64,000 nucleotides of DNA from the human T2T-CHM13v2.0 reference genome, Homo sapiens: the NCBI GenBank assembly GCA_009914755.4, contig CP068257.2, positions 9,344,001-9,408,000 of the forward strand. Reading direction: 5' to 3'. A program made the translations under genes and the position numbers. The notes under the pieces were generated by a model that saw only the letters and a list, made by a program, of their open reading frames with translations, was not told the origin of the DNA and made no database searches. Of this stretch, positions 1-15,952 are shown piece after piece (within the stretch, counting starts at the first letter, position 1; each line of letters opens with the position of its first letter).

Positions 1-1399
1 TTATTATGGGGAAAGAAGGGCTGGGGCATTGTAGTGGACCTAGTTTTAGTAAATGTCTCTGGACAAATACGCCCCCTCCAAAGGCATTTTCCTTTCCTTC
101 ACTGTCTCTGTTCTGTTCTGCAGTCCAGCATGCCTCTGTGGGTGGAATTTAACAGCCAGGGTGTCAGCCTGCTAGGGCTCCGCATCTTGTGACTTACAAT
201 AACAAACGATCTGTTCTCCCAGGTTGCTGTGCGGGCTGCCTGTGGTTGAGTTAGGACTCTTCCATGTGCCTTTCATATCCAGACCCAGATTGGAGAGCAG
301 GCCCAGGGGCATGTTCCTCTCATGGCATGGAAGGCAAGCTGCACCTGATGAGCTCTTTGGGAGCCACTGGTTGGACACGGTGTACTGGAAGTCTGCTCAT
401 GTGTCATTGCCCAAAGCAAGTCAGAAGGCTAAGCTCAGAGTCAGTGAGGGAGGAGGTGCGTTCACCCATAGGTAATCTGAGTCAGGATGAGGAAGGCAGG
501 ATGAATTGGAGTCAGCCATTCCATTGACCACACCGAACATTATGCTTGTAACTACAGAGCCTGAATACCTCATTGACAATCTCTCAGGTCAAAGTGAGCT
601 GTTCTACTCCTGGAAGACATGTACTCACATGTGGTAAGTTTTACTAAAATGTCAGGAAAGAACCCCAACTTTAAAAATTTGAATCATTTAGATTTATAGC
701 CTTCACCTCAAGCAAATTCTTGGTGAAATAGCTCTTGACTCTTGAGGTATAGTAAAGGAACTGTGCTCAGAAGCTTCTGCACATGGTCTCATGTAGTTCC
801 CACAACAGCTGTGAAAGGTGGTCGTTACCCCATTTTCCATATGAAGGAACTAAAGTTTAGAGACCACGTTGTATAAAGGCCATCAAGCTAGGGAGTTGGA
901 ACTGGGATTTGAACCCAGGTCTGCCTGACTCTAAATGACTATGCTGTGTTAGAGGAATGTCTCAGGGCTTAGCATTAGTGAGAAACTGAAACCCAACATC
1001 GGCTTGTACATTTCAATCCCATGTTCACATCCTTTCATCACCAGTGCCACTTCAGAGACTGATCTTAGGGGAAATCTCTTTGATATTTACAAAAGCGTAT
1101 TCATGTAAGGGTGCTCATGGTGGTGCTATTTGTAATGGAGAAAAATTTGAAATTATATAAAAGATTAAACCTAAGGATGCAATAAGTAATTTGATATATC
1201 TGTTAGGCAACTTTAGACTTGTTATTTATACAAATATTTGATGTCATTGGAAGTGTTCACAGTACAAAGGAGAGACTCTAAAGCAGTGTGCACAGTATGA
1301 CCTCACACTGGTAGAAAGAATACTCCAATATTAATAGAGAACAATTCTGTATAATATGCTTTTAGGTAACCCACTCCCATGCATACCAAAAGTTTATCA

Positions 1400-1510
1400 A
1401 GTTACATATATATGTAAAATATTGTACAGAAATAATATATATTTGTTAATATATACGTGTGTAATGTATTTATGTAAATATATATATATTTATTTATTTA
1501 TTTATAAGTA
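1400..1510. repeat. AT-rich low-complexity / imperfect (TA)n-(TTTA)n simple repeat
   Basis: Direct reading: runs of atatatat, tatttatttatttat within 1380-1510. Confidence 0.7.
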
Positions 1511-1894
1511 CAGGCTAAGACTTTGCCCTCTCACCAACCCACACACCCCCAAAACCAGCCTTTCAGCCAAACTCAAGCTGATAAAAATTTCATTGATCTG
1601 AGCCCTTGCGGCAAACTAACCTTTAGCAAAAATGCCTTCTCTAGGCTCCAATTTGAGATCCAGGGAAAACAGGTTTGGAAGAGTTAACGATCTTGGGGAA
1701 ATTACCATTGCTGTAGAATGAAGATTATTACTTGTTCTTTCTTCATAGGCTAGACACACTATTTTTTAAAGCTAGTTGTTTATACTGTTTATAAAGAAAT
1801 AAATATTCCTCATAGGAAATTTAGAAAACAAAAGTTTTTAATGATAAAAAGAATATATGATCTCATCCCATCTCTTAGACAATAACACTTTTTA

Positions 1895-2196
<302 letters not shown>

Positions 2197-5100
2197 TCTA
2201 ACATCTGAATTGACATCCTGCATGTAGAGATATGCACATATAGATGACAGCTGTACACCCATGCATATCTATATCCATGCATGCATGCACATGCTTTATC
2301 AGGCCTTCCACTCCTTAACAGCCTACAGATAGAAAACTTAGAGGAGCAGCAGGGACGTACTTTCATGTACTAAGCTACCTAGCATACAACTTTTAATGGT
2401 TTTTTATTTTAAATGGAAAGAATCTTTCAGCGGGAGACATCAAAGGGCCTAAGAAAAAAATGGTTTTGGTATTAAGTGGCTAGTATGCTTGTCAAAAAAT
2501 GACAAGAAATAATTAAAACTAAACTGAAACAACCACCACCCCTACAAAATCCAGAACAATGCACCTCATTTAAATGTTTGTGAGGAAGTAGAATTGAGTA
2601 TCTTTCTCACAAGTAAGTTCTTCTTGAGGCAGAACAGACAAGAAACAAGAACTAGAAGTATTTACAAATCTATGTCAGTGGTAGAAATTTCTCCAGCAGG
2701 AAAACAGAGCCTCAGGCTGTGTAATGAAAGTTGTACTGTGAGAGCTAACATTTATTTAGTGGATATTATGTAAAGTCAGCCTTCCCCTATGCAAAGCATA
2801 TTTTGGGGCCATGTTGCAAACAGCAATTTCTGCATTGAGTTGGCCAAATGTGTTCACTAAGGTGCCCACAAGCATTGGATTGCTCCAGATCGGGTGTTTC
2901 TTCTCCTATTGAAAGGCTGTTTCCTACCTTAATGTCATCTGTTGAGCTCTTTCTGTTTTATAAACGTATGGCTTATTGGATGATCCTAAAGTCATTGAGC
3001 CCTTATTATTGTAATTAAGATGGTAATATTAAGATTATTTTTACCTCAGGACTGAAATTACTTTCAATGAACAATTTAGGTCACTGTTACATAGACAAGA
3101 ATTTAACTTAAAGAGTGAATAGGTAATAAATGATCTCTAGAATGCTTACAAATATCTACTAACTTTTTAATACAATGCTAAAGCCAAATAACAAGGCAAG
3201 GTGCTTCTGTAAGTGTTCTCGGGACCAACCCATTTACCAGTCTGAGTGCAGGCAACCACCATCTCATTTAAATCACAGAAGTTTAGGGAAAATCTTATCC
3301 AGTATTATGGGGCTGTACTAGTAAACTGCACACAAAGGAGGCCACACGAATTTGACAGAGATTTAGAGATGGGATTCTGACAGTCACGTTTTATATTAAC
3401 CAGAAAAAGAGCCACCAAATTCAACCAGAGATGCAATTTTTTTGTTCTTTTCAACAAAGTTGAATAAAAGTTGTTGATCAAAGAGTGAAGAAATTTGAAG
3501 ATAGAATTTGCCTTAATTTACAGATGAGCCACCAGAGGCTCAGAGGGATGAAGTGTTTTGTTGAAATTACACAGTGGGTGCCATTCCAATGACTTGTGAC
3601 TCCACACATTGCCTTCTGATATTCATTAGGAAGTCATTTGAAGGAGGAATTCTAAACTTTTTGGAAACATCACTGCTCTCTACTCTTCACCCTTATTGGA
3701 AATGCTTTTATTTGGAGAACCTTCACCACCTTCATGGAAACCAAAATGAGGGTCTTCAGAGTTCATGTTCCGTGTAGCATTAACCCTACCATGTGCTTCC
3801 CTTGCACAGGGAACTCCTCTGTAAGGAAATGGGGAAAAAGAAAAGTATTAAGAAACAATCATTATTCTCAAGGGAAAATGAGAGGCTCTGTTTCTCTTGC
3901 CTGAAGTAAAATCGGTGTTATTAGTAGCTGCATTCACAGTGTGAAGAATCACACAGAAAGCCAGTCATTTTGTTTGCTGATGGAGAATTCATGTGGTCCT
4001 GCTTCTGACTGATCGTGTCACAGATAATCAACGTGCTGTATCTCCAGCCACCTCACTCTCTGAACTTAAGGAAAATGAAAGTCATGGTTTCAGACCACTT
4101 CAGTTTCTTTTCATTTTTCCTGTCTTTGACAATGAAAAAGTGGGCAACTTTATAAAAAATGTCCTAAGTGAGTAGTTGAAATCACTGATTATTTTTCAGG
4201 TATCTAGTTTCATTCTCTCAGTAAAGAACACATGAGTGATAGGAATGTGACTCATATATAATTCCCTCTTTTTTCTGTTATGTAAACATTCCAAAAAGAG
4301 AAACATTAAAAATTGAACCCAGGGAAGATGCATCTATCATTATGAATCATGATTTCGTGGCAGTCACTGCAGGAGAGAACCTGTCTCTCTTATCCTGATG
4401 GTACTTGCGATAAAATACAAGAATATGTGGCACCACTGTCCTTGATAAATTGAGCACTAGAAAAGCCATGAATGTGAAATTATCTAGCACATGATAAATC
4501 TGCTGTAATAAATAAAAAACGAATAGTCAGAAGAAGTAGGAACTGCGTGAAGTAAACTTTGCTTCAAATGCTGCCTATCTAACTTTGGGCAGGAATCCTG
4601 GCTCTCTGAAGACTGTAGAATTGGGCTCTTTAGGTCATGATTACCACCACAGAAGCCCTTGCCTAAAAAGAAAACGTTATGGAGTCACAAGTTTCACCTT
4701 AAAAATGTGCCAAAGGGATGTGTCAGGATGAATGTGGAGTTGGTTGAAAATTCGTTATTACCTTCTCATTGTCAGGAGTGGCATGATCTTCCAGTTGACA
4801 TCCTGGGAGGCTGTTAAACCTAGGCACAAGATGAATCTTTTAAACGTGCTCTCAATTTGCCTCTGCAAAACCTACTTTGGTCTTCAGGCAGAAATGAATG
4901 TCATATTTTAAAGTATGTCGAAAATTTCTAGAAAGCATCATCAGAAAGCCCTAATGCTCCCCTTCATCATTAAGCTTATCAACAAAGATCTAGTAAACAC
5001 CCCAAAACTAGCAGGTCTCTAAATGCTGTTATGGCAACAAATGGAAAATTTAAATTTATTTAAAATAATTATAATAATTCTCAGATAAACCACAGGATTC

Positions 5101-5411
5101 AGAAGTCTGTTCATAATATTTTCCAGTTGTTGAGAATGTAACCCTCTTGTAGATTGAGTAAGAGTTACATTAAGTGATAGCCCATCCTGTTCTAACAGGA
5201 CCTCCAGCGCCTCCATAGGCCATAACTGGGCAGATCAATACTGAGGTGCTTCCCGCTCAGCTTGGGCTTTTCAAAGGTTGAGCTGGCAGGAATGGCTAAG
5301 CCCTCAGGGAAGGCACACCAGACACAGGAATGGGGTGTGGAAGGTCAGCAAAGAAGAAGGAGAAATAAAATGATTCTCTGATATTAAAGGTAAGCTGCTT
5401 ATATTTGTTTA

Positions 5412-5898
<487 letters not shown>

Positions 5899-6913
5899 TT
5901 ATTTGTAGCCCTTCTGCTCCCCCCTAATCCAAGCCTGCTGAATCCAAGCCTGTGGACCATTCTGTGGTCCTTGCTTCAGTGGCAAGATACAACAGTGTGG
6001 AAAATCTAGAAAAGTCTGGCTTCCTTGAGTTTATTATAAACATCAATGCTGTTAGGGAATCAGAAGAGGACTCCAGGAAGCAAAGAGAAGAAAAGGGTTC
6101 CTTCTCTCCCGTTTCCAAGACTGGAAGAGCCCCTCTGTGTGGAGCAGGGCACGCTAGTGTTAGGTAGGGGTTCCTAGAGAGGAAAGGCCTGCTTTTTGTC
6201 TATCAGCCACAGCTCTGGGTTGTCTGCAAATCCTGAGAAAGCTTTGTGAGATCTGAGAGCAGAGATGACCTCTGTCTGGAAAGAGTGGTGAGGAGGTGGA
6301 GGGAGAGGGCTGCAGAGAGCCTGGGCATAAATGCCATAGAAACAGTCATGAAGTCTCCCATAATGTTGGGTGGCACAGAAATGTAAGGCCAGATCCTGTG
6401 TCTCCATCTATGGTATAGAAGCAGTCAAGATATCCACCAACCAGAAAGAGAACACATGTACAGAAGTGTGTGACCATAGGTGGCATGTGTGTGTGTGTGG
6501 ATGAGGGAGCACCCCAAGAGGATGGCAGCATCTCATTGGATGCTGAAGTGAACAGATGACATCTAGGACCAGGTGCTCCCCCAAACCATGGTGCCCTGGA
6601 ACTTAGATACAACTTCTAGAAAGGTAGGGAGGAAATACTGACATTGATTTTTCTTTATTCCAATAGAATCACAAGCTAACTATTTAAAAAAAATAAGAAA
6701 CACAACTTATTCACATTAATTTCTGGACTGAGGCTTATATCCACAAATGCATTTTAACTTTAAAGAGCTTAATGAAGAGCTTACTTTCTTAGGGTCTAGT
6801 GACGTACATATCTGATTGCTTATGTGGGAGGCTGCATGGTGCATTGGAAAGACGTTAAGTCAGAGAAGCACAAGAAGACATTGAGTTCTGTTCTGCTACT
6901 TATCTTCTCTTAG

Positions 6914-7208
<295 letters not shown>

Positions 7209-8900
7209 ATGATCTCAGGTTTTTCACATGCAAATGAACAGTTTGGACCTGATAATCTCTGAGGACCCTTCCAGCTCTGACAATGTGATTCTTTGAGCTG
7301 AATTGTTGGTAGTGTTACCAACAGATGAGATGAGATGTTGGATACAAAGCACATAGCTCGAAGCTTGGCACTTATGTGGTCAAAAAAATACTAATTCCTG
7401 ATATCCTCCCAGTGGTATTATCTAGTGAGCCTTCTTTCAAATTCAAAGGTTTTATTTCTCAGATATAATTTACGTGAAAGGCTGTGATTTTCTCCTTTCT
7501 CTGAGTTCCAAGTGCAGGTTTTGTTCTGAAGAAGTCACACAATGGACTGATTTGTCAGTGTATTTGTTTCCAAGGATTTCCCTTCTACAGTTCTTTTCAT
7601 AAAAGTGGCACTGGTTGACCTGAATTCATGACCAGGCTGAGACAGGGCTTTCTGCAACCCTGTTGAGGCCAATCTCGCTGTCTGCTTCTATTGCATTCTT
7701 CAATAGGACACTTAGTCCATTGGGCCAGTGCACCATGCCAAAAGGAGTTACTAAATTGTTAAAGGGGGCCTCAGCGAGTTCACGTAGATAGAGGGAAATG
7801 CCAGGTCATCCCAGAGGCTGAGGGTCTATCGAAGTTAGTGCTTGAAGGTGCTGTTGCATTGGCAGTGCATCACATGATACAGGGTTTTCACGTCTGCTTT
7901 GAATACAACTGTTTCCTGCAGGGCTGCTAGTGTCCGAGCCTTGTCTTTTTCTGTTAGAAACCTTCAACAAACTACTCTCTAAGGGGACAGCGTTTCTAAT
8001 AGGGGATACTTTTGACGGAGCTGGCTGAAGAAAGCAAATCGTGTGATGGCTGAGAGAGGATCCTATCACCCTTTATTGCACCATGCTCTTTATCTCTTCA
8101 TTTACAACCACCTTCTCATTGGCCTCTTCATCACTGTATTTTGAACACATAACTAGTCTTTTACCCACATACAGCGTCCTGCACCTGCTGGGGCTGAGCT
8201 GCAGTATGTAGGGGCTCACAACGATGGTGTTTTGCTTTGCTTTTCAGACTCAAAATACCTCAGCCAGGAGCCGCAGCTGGTTTCTTTCAAAGTGGTTTGC
8301 AGATCCCCTGCATCCTAATATGCCTGGGGTGCCCAGTGAATGCAGGTTTTGAAGATCCCATTCCAGATCCCCTGATTCTCCAGATCCCCTGATTCAGAAT
8401 CTCTGCACTTTCACCTAACACCTTGATGCTGGAGACACCACTCACACATTCCCTTCTACACCTCTGTCTCACTGCTAGGAGCCACCTCAGCTAACTCATG
8501 CATCACTTTGTAGATGGCTCTTTTAGTTGTTTTCTTTGCCAGCAGAAGCTGGGATAGATTTTCTGAGAAGTTCACACGTCTTATTTCAGTAGGCTCATAC
8601 CTCTAGCACACTGTGGTTTTACCATAAGCACTTAGACAATGGCCACGGATTTAACATAACCGAGCGTGCAGTTCTAGTTCTCATCATACATACGCTTCCA
8701 CCAAAGTTGTAATCTGTGTAACCATAGCGTTTCTTGTGCTTTTTCACCTGTTACTTTCTATTACTTAACAGCCCAATGTGAGGAAATGATTGTCAATGAG
8801 TGCTGGGAGTACCACACTGTTGTACTTTTTGACAGAGTAGGCGGCTCTGGAACCTGTATCGGTCTGGCTGCCTGGTGCATTTGCTGGCCGAGCATTTCTG

Positions 8901-9157
8901 TTTTTGTTTTCTTTTTTTCTTTCTTTTTTGTTTCTGAGATGGAGTCTCACTCTGTGGCCCAGGCTGGAGTGCAGTGGCATGATCTCAGCTCACTGCAACC
9001 TCTGCCTCCCGGGTTCAACTTTTGTATGTTTAGTAGAGATGGAGTTTGACCATATTGGCCAGGCTGGTCTTGAACTCCTGACCTCAAATGATCCACATGC
9101 CTCGACGTCCCAAAGTGCTGGGATTACAGGCATGAGCCACCACACCTGGCCCTGGCC
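8901..9157 (-). mobile_element. Alu SINE, minus orientation, internally deleted (~257 bp)
   Basis: T-rich start, gagatggagtctcactctgtggcccaggctggagtgcagtggcatgatctcagctcactgcaacctctgcctcccgggttcaa...ggccaggctggtcttgaactcctgacctcaaatgatcc...gctgggattacaggcatgagccaccacacctggccctggcc. Confidence 0.88.
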
Positions 9158-11688
9158 AGGCATTTCTTACTGATGATCTGAGTTGTTCCATCTTACTCTG
9201 TTCCCTCTTAGTATTTCCTAGTTACTAACATGCCCTGAGGCTGCATTTGGATCAATTTAATACCACTGTTGTTTCCAGTTGTCACCTCCCACCATATGGC
9301 AGTTACTCCAGTCTCCTGCTCTTGCTTATCCTTGAAATGCATCCCAGCCAGTTAGGCATGTCTGCTTCTGAGACAGGAGGCTGAGAATTCCACCATGTTC
9401 AAGGAAATGGCCCTTAGGCACTGTCTAAGGGGACCATATAGGCAGTCTGATAAAGTCACATCTAAGAAAAACATTTCAGAAAGCGTCAGCTAGCACACCT
9501 TTGATTATAGAGGAAGCCAATTATGCTCAAACACTAATGAATTCATTTTTAAGGATGTTATGATACAGTTATGCATGTGCTTCTTTCCCAATGCATTAAG
9601 TAAAGGGAAACAGCTGTGACTGAGATGATCTTTGTAAATTTGAAGAGCTAGTGATCATAAATGATATTTTGAGATAACTAAAAATTATATTAATGTGAAA
9701 ATATCTGTAATTTGTATTGGAACAATATCACATGTACGGTTAGTAGTATTGTGGGTTATGACTTACATTCATAATTGGAGGAAGTGCTATACATTTTAGT
9801 TAAAGATTATAGGAAATAAAGATTCATTCTTTCATTAAGTTCACGATCCCCTCAACTGATTTCTAAGAACCCCTGATCTAGCTCAGTCTCCCAGTTCTAC
9901 CTGGGAACAAAGACTCTGAGATATAAACTGGATGCCAGGATCACACTCCTGTTTGCCAGGTAGGATTGACTCTCGGATCCCTTCACCCACGCTTCTTTCT
10001 GCTGTGCTCCCCTGCTCCTGCTGCTGAATCATGAGATGGACTTTAGTGGTGATTGTGCTTCGTGATCCTATTATAGTTCCGATGTTTTTGTGTTACATTT
10101 GATCCCAGCAATTCTATACAATTCCTTTTCTCTGACGTGCTTTAATTCTGATTGAAGGTCAGTGCTGGGTGCATGCCATACTCCATTTCTCCTGGAATAT
10201 GATGGCAAGTTCCCTAATAATTTTTTTCATTCTTATTGATCAAAGTACCATGCTCCTACTTATTTAGAGGGAAATAAAAAAAAATGATAGCAGGAAGCGT
10301 GTTTTTCTTTTGAGTAGTGTGGATCTGAAGATTGTATTACAAAATTTGATCAATATATGAAATATAGAGAAAAACCAGAAGCGATCAACCAAATTAACAG
10401 AGCCTTCTGAGGCAAGAGTCACTGGGAGACTATGGAAGAGCTAGAATACACTTCGCAGAATGGATTTCAGTCTCTCAGAGGCTCCAATTAGGAAAAGTAT
10501 TTCCTGAAGCAGACTGGATTCTGTGGGATCAACCACATTTTATAGCACTCCAATTGTTTGCATTTGGAATTCTCCCAAACATTTCACCATTTTTGGAATA
10601 TTTTTAGATTGGAGTCAAAGATACTATATTAATCTTCAGATCTTGTGTTGTTACTTAATTTTTCTTATATGTAATTTTATCTCCTTAACTAGGCTACCTG
10701 CATTTTGAGATTAGGAAACTAATAAGAAGTGTTGCATTTCTCTGCATCTTTCACAGCCTTTATAATGGTGTATGGCTGCAAGTTTACGTACACAGTGCAC
10801 TGCGGAAAGAGCCTTTGCTTTCCACCCACACACACAAGGAGCAAATCCCATCTTCACTTCCTATTTCTTGCCAGGTATTAATCCAGCTAGCTATGCCCCA
10901 GTTTCCTTACTAAGTAATACCTACTTATGCAGGTGCTTTAGTAGAATGATACAGAGCAGAAGGTGGTTAAGACAATACATGGCTCACAGCAGGGGTTTGA
11001 AGAGACAACTATTATTAATTAGGTTTCCATAAATATGTGTGATTTGGTGCTCTTACTAGCTAGTGTCCAGGGGGCCTCTCTTGTACATTTTTTTGTAGTA
11101 GTCTTAGAAAATTGGAGCTAAATAAGGTGAAAGCCTGCAGAGAGGTGCAGCACGGAGCATTCCCATACATTTTAGCGACTGTTTATTGTGGATGTGTCAT
11201 GTCTATTTGCCTCCTTCCTCTTTCAAATAATTGATGCCATCCAGCATTGGCGTGTTTTCTCTTCAGTTCTTAGAGCCCTGCTTACTAAGTCAGTGAAATT
11301 GTTTATATTGCTTTCAAAGGGCCAAGAAGTGAAACCATTTGAAAAGAGATAGGATTATGTTGGGGTTTTAGAAAGCTGACATGTAACACTAATTTTTTCC
11401 ATCTCGCATTCACAATATATTGAGAGAGGACCCAGAAGACAGATAAATGGAGATCAAAATTTTAAAATATTTGTTATGTATTTTGAAAATTCTAATCATG
11501 CCAAAGAAGATGACTTTAGCTCTATGGTCTAATACTTCCCCTAGGTCTATGCTAAGGCTTCTCAAAGCAAAGAAGAGCAAAGCAAAACAAAACAAAGGAA
11601 AACAGAACAAAATTGGAGGTTGTCCCCCCGCACATGCAGACAGAGCTTGCCCTGAAAAGCCATCCTCACAGTGGATAAAAAAGCATCC

Positions 11689-11775
11689 TCTCTCCAGGCT
11701 CACACATTGAAGAGAACTCTCTCCAGGCTCACACATTGAAGAGAACTCTCTCCAGGCTCACACATTTGAAAAGAG
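11689..11775. repeat. 29-bp tandem repeat, 3 copies (tctctccaggctcacacattgaagagaac)
   Basis: Three consecutive near-identical copies read directly from lines 11641-11780. Confidence 0.85.
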
Positions 11776-11999
11776 AGAGGGGATGGCATTCTGCTAATCA
11801 TGTTGTTTCTTCTCCCACACTCAATAGTAAGATCAGTCTCTCTTCCTAGAAGAAGGAATTTTAAAAAGAGGCAGAGAAGTGCTAAGCATCTTCTAGCTGA
11901 GTGGTCCTCGATGCGTGGTCCCAGGCCAGCAGCATCACCTCAGCTGGGGATTCATCTGTGGCCTCATCCTGGATCTGTGACTGCTATGATGGTCCAGAG

Positions 12000-12190
12000 T
12001 CCAGGGATCTGAGTTCCACCAAGCCTTCTGGGCATTCTCCCTCAGTGGCCCTTAACCCAGGGTCCAGGGATCTGAGTTCCGCCAAGCCTTCTGGGCATTC
12101 TCGCTCTGTGGTCCTTAACCCAGGGCCCAAGGATCTGAGTTCCGCCAAGCCTTCTGGGCATTCTCGCTCTGTGGTCCTTAACCCTGGTTG
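12000..12190. repeat. ~63-bp tandem repeat, 3 copies (gggtccagggatctgagttccgccaagccttctgggcattctcgctctgtggtccttaaccca)
   Basis: Three tandem copies. The same periodicity shows in the six-frame track as a repeated 21-aa peptide DLSSAKPSGHSRSVVLNPG in ORF 11901..12254. Confidence 0.85.
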
Positions 12191-12956
12191 CACATCAGCA
12201 TTTCTTAAGAAGATTTTAAAATTATCCATGTTCGAGACCCACAGGCAGAAATAATTTATAAATTGAAATTCCTTAGGCTAAGGGCAAGGGATTCACACAT
12301 TTTGCAAGTGCTTTGGATAATTCTCAGGTGCAGGCAGCGCCCAGGGCTACAGCATGGTCCAGCCCAGGCCATGGAAACAGGAGTCCTGGGCACAGTGCAA
12401 TGGGCAGACGCTGGCGGTGACTTCAAACTCACAGTCCTGCCTCTGGGGTGTGTCCTTTCCTCCTGCCTCAGCACCTGGCCTTGAGAACATTATGAAGTCA
12501 CCTGAGACACAATTAGATCTGGTGACAATGAACAGTGTGAGATGGTGAGTTTTTGAGGCACAGAAAGCTCAAATACCACTGACACCTCTAAACTTGTCAG
12601 TTAAAATGTGGACTGCATTGTTTCAAGCTGTCACAAAATCCAAAGTAGGCAGACATTACCTAATGTATTTTGAAGAGATAATTTCACATCCTTGAAAGGA
12701 ATCCAGACTGAAGACTGCCTTCGTTGGCACCTGAGATGACCCCTCAGAGAGCCAGTGAAAATGTAGAAAAGACACAGAAGCCTTAAAGTTTTTACATAAG
12801 TTATACTTAAAAAAAAAAGATGGAAAGATAAGCTGTGTAGCCAAAGAGAAGAATGTTCTTTAGAAAGAGTGAATTACAAAAGGGACATGAACGCATGGGG
12901 TATTAGAGTAAGTGCTGACAATATTCTGATGATGGGAAAATTGAGACTAAGATTAG

Positions 12957-13336
12957 TGATATGGTTTGGCTCTGTGTCCCCATCCAAATCTCATCTTGAA
13001 TTGTAGTTCCCACAATCCCCAGGTGTTGTGGAAGTGACCTGGTTGGAGGTAATTGAATCATGGGCGTGGTTACCCCCATGCTACTCTTCTTGTGACAGTG
13101 AGTACGTTTTCATGAGATCTGATGGTTTTGTAAGGGGCTTTTCCCCTTTTGCTCAGCACTTCCCCTTCCTGCCACCATGTGAAGAAGGAAGTGTTTGCTT
13201 CCCCTTTTGTCATGATAGTAAGTTTCCAGAATCCTCCCCAGTCCTGAGGAACTATGAGTCTATTAAATCTCTTTTCTTTCTAAATTACCCTGTCTCTAGT
13301 ACATGTTTATTAGCAGCATGAGAATGGACTAATACA
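12957..13336 (+). mobile_element. Solo LTR of the ERVL-MaLR class (THE1/MST-like)
   Basis: Starts tgatatggtttggctctgtgtccccatccaaatctcatcttgaattgtagttcccacaatccccaggtgttgtgg...ggaggtaattgaatcatggg... and ends ...ttattagcagcatgagaatggactaatacaac. This matches the characteristic start (TGATATGGTTTGG) and end (ACTAATACA) of THE1/MST LTRs as I recall them. Flanking 5-bp attag / actag could be a degenerate TSD. Confidence 0.7.
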
Positions 13337-13559
13337 ACTAGTCTTGACTTTCTTGGGGCCCTGAATGAAAAGCAGCTTTGTATTTGTGCTTCCTCATAAA
13401 GTGCCCATTGACTGTAAAGAAAAGCATCATGGGCCACATGAAAAACTGCTTAATTTTTCAGACATGGGCAAACCTTTTCGTTTGCTCCAATTTTCAGAAG
13501 AGTAGGACACTAAAACATGATGAATACAACATCTAGACTTAATTCTATATTATGTGAAA

Positions 13560-13760
13560 AGTAGTAAAAAGAATGAAGGATAGAAAAAAAGAAGTGCTAA
13601 GGGCCAAAGAAATGGAAGAAAAGAGAAAAGGAGAGAGAAAAAAGAATAGAGCATGATAACAGATCAATAGAGAAAAACACAAAGACAGAAGAAGAGAAAA
13701 AGGAAGGTACAAGACAGATGTGGGAATTGGTATAAGAAGATGATGAGTAGTCAATATGAG
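13560..13760. repeat. Purine-rich (GA/A-rich) low-complexity tract
   Basis: gaaaaagaatgaaggatagaaaaaaagaag...agagaaaaggagagagaaaaaagaatagag...gaagagaaaaaggaagg. Confidence 0.6.
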
Positions 13761-14851
13761 GTGTTAGGAAATGGCCTCTTGGGTTGACTTGGTCCCTGGC
13801 CTTCAGTCCATTACAAATCCTCCCAACAGACATTGAAATGAATAACTCTTTGGCTTGTATTCAGAGATATTTCACTCTTCTTCATTTTTAGCTTTCAGAG
13901 ATGCTGCACTGAAAGGGATGTCATAATAACCCCACAGAGTATAAATTACTCCATGAACTGCAGTGTCAGTGATGAGAGCAATATTAATTTCAGGTCCAAA
14001 TGAAATCAAACAAAGGGTTAGGTCTACCTATGTACTGAAAGTTTCCTTGTCTGACTCCAAGACTCTGGTGTTGAAATTCATTGATCATTTGGAAAAGAGG
14101 CCTTCTGCAAATTCAATACACATCTGAAAAGCAAAAATGACATGGTATTCCTGCAGACTGCTGCCAGTAAAATGCTGAGTGAACACTGATAAAATTAATG
14201 TGCCTTCAAACTTGCACAGTGCACCTCTCACTGTCTTGGGGATCAGCCCAAAATAGGGGTTATTTTAGCAGCATGTCTGCTGGTTGTGGAACTTGAGTCA
14301 TGGCTCCTTGCTAAGCCCCTGCCACTGGAGATTATTCCAGCAGCATGCTTTGGAGTGGCAGGTGGAATCCAACCCATTCATCATGCAGCTAGGCCCAATT
14401 TTCTTTTCTGATTTCCTTGGCCGACTTTGGGGATTCCTTAAGGAAACTGTGTGGCACTTGCTATACTTGGGAGATTATTAGAGGCCGATTATCAATCTAG
14501 GTATCTCAGAGAAATCTGATTTATGTACTTGAAATTTTCTATTTCCTGGATTTGGTGAAATAAGATCAAAGTGACAAGTCAGTCGGGAGATAACTTTTAA
14601 ATCAGTGGTAATTTTTAGTGTTCCTGTGTTTACTTTATGACATTAGGTAAATAAATTCTAAACATCCTTAGTTTACCATTTGAATCCCCTGTCGTATACT
14701 GCGCTTCCAGTAATCACAGGGTCATGTACTGGCCTTGGGGTTGCCTACATAAATAACAGAGCCTGGGCAACCTGTTCACAGGTGTAGTTCTCGGGAGCAA
14801 CACAGCCGTGATTTTTAACCAGAGATGTCTGTGTTCAAAGCTGGTACTTTA

Positions 14852-15187
<336 letters not shown>

Positions 15188-15952
15188 TTATATACACATT
15201 ATATACTCTGGAAGTAGAATCTAGAGTCCATAAAAAAGATTACAAATAATAAATAAAATATTTAGAATAACGACTAACACACAGTGGCCATTCAGTATGT
15301 AATAGTTTTCCTTATAATAATTGTTATATCATATTTTTCACAATATAGATTGGGAAAAAGCTTCTGAGTGACTAAGTATATCACACAAAATCTATGGTAC
15401 AATTTATGGGGCTATTTTAACTTATTCGCATTTCGAATACATGTTCTTATCTGGTTTCTAGGGCCACTTATTAGAAGCAGCAAATTAGGACAGAAAAGAG
15501 GGACTGTTACAGAAAAGGAGAGTGGTAAGTGTGAGAAATGGTGGCTAAAGGCTATTAGTGGTTTTGTGAAAACTACAAAATTATAACATTGGGAACATAA
15601 ACTGAAACATTAAGAAAAACAGCCCACTGGAACCACTTCGTTTAGGAGTAAGATAAACACTAGTTCAATAATCCCTGAGGACAATTCAGTCCTAACCGTG
15701 TTCCTGGATCCACCATCTGCAACATTTCTTGTGGTGTGTTCTGCTGGTAACGAATTATTTCTTCATTTATATGTCTGGAAAACTCGATTTTACCTTGATC
15801 TTTGAAAGATATTTTCTCTGGTAGAGAATTTTAGGTTGACTTTTTTCCTTTCAATCCTGGAGAGATTTTGCTCCTCTGTCTCTTCCCTTCCCTTGTTTGA
15901 GATGAGAGATAGACGGCCATTCTTATCTTCATTCCTCTGTGTAGAATCTGAC

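Noticed and set aside
12263-12548. Short ORFs (64-73 aa) next to the 63-bp repeat
   Set aside because: No start context, no conservation signal, and the size is typical of random ORFs in 64 kb
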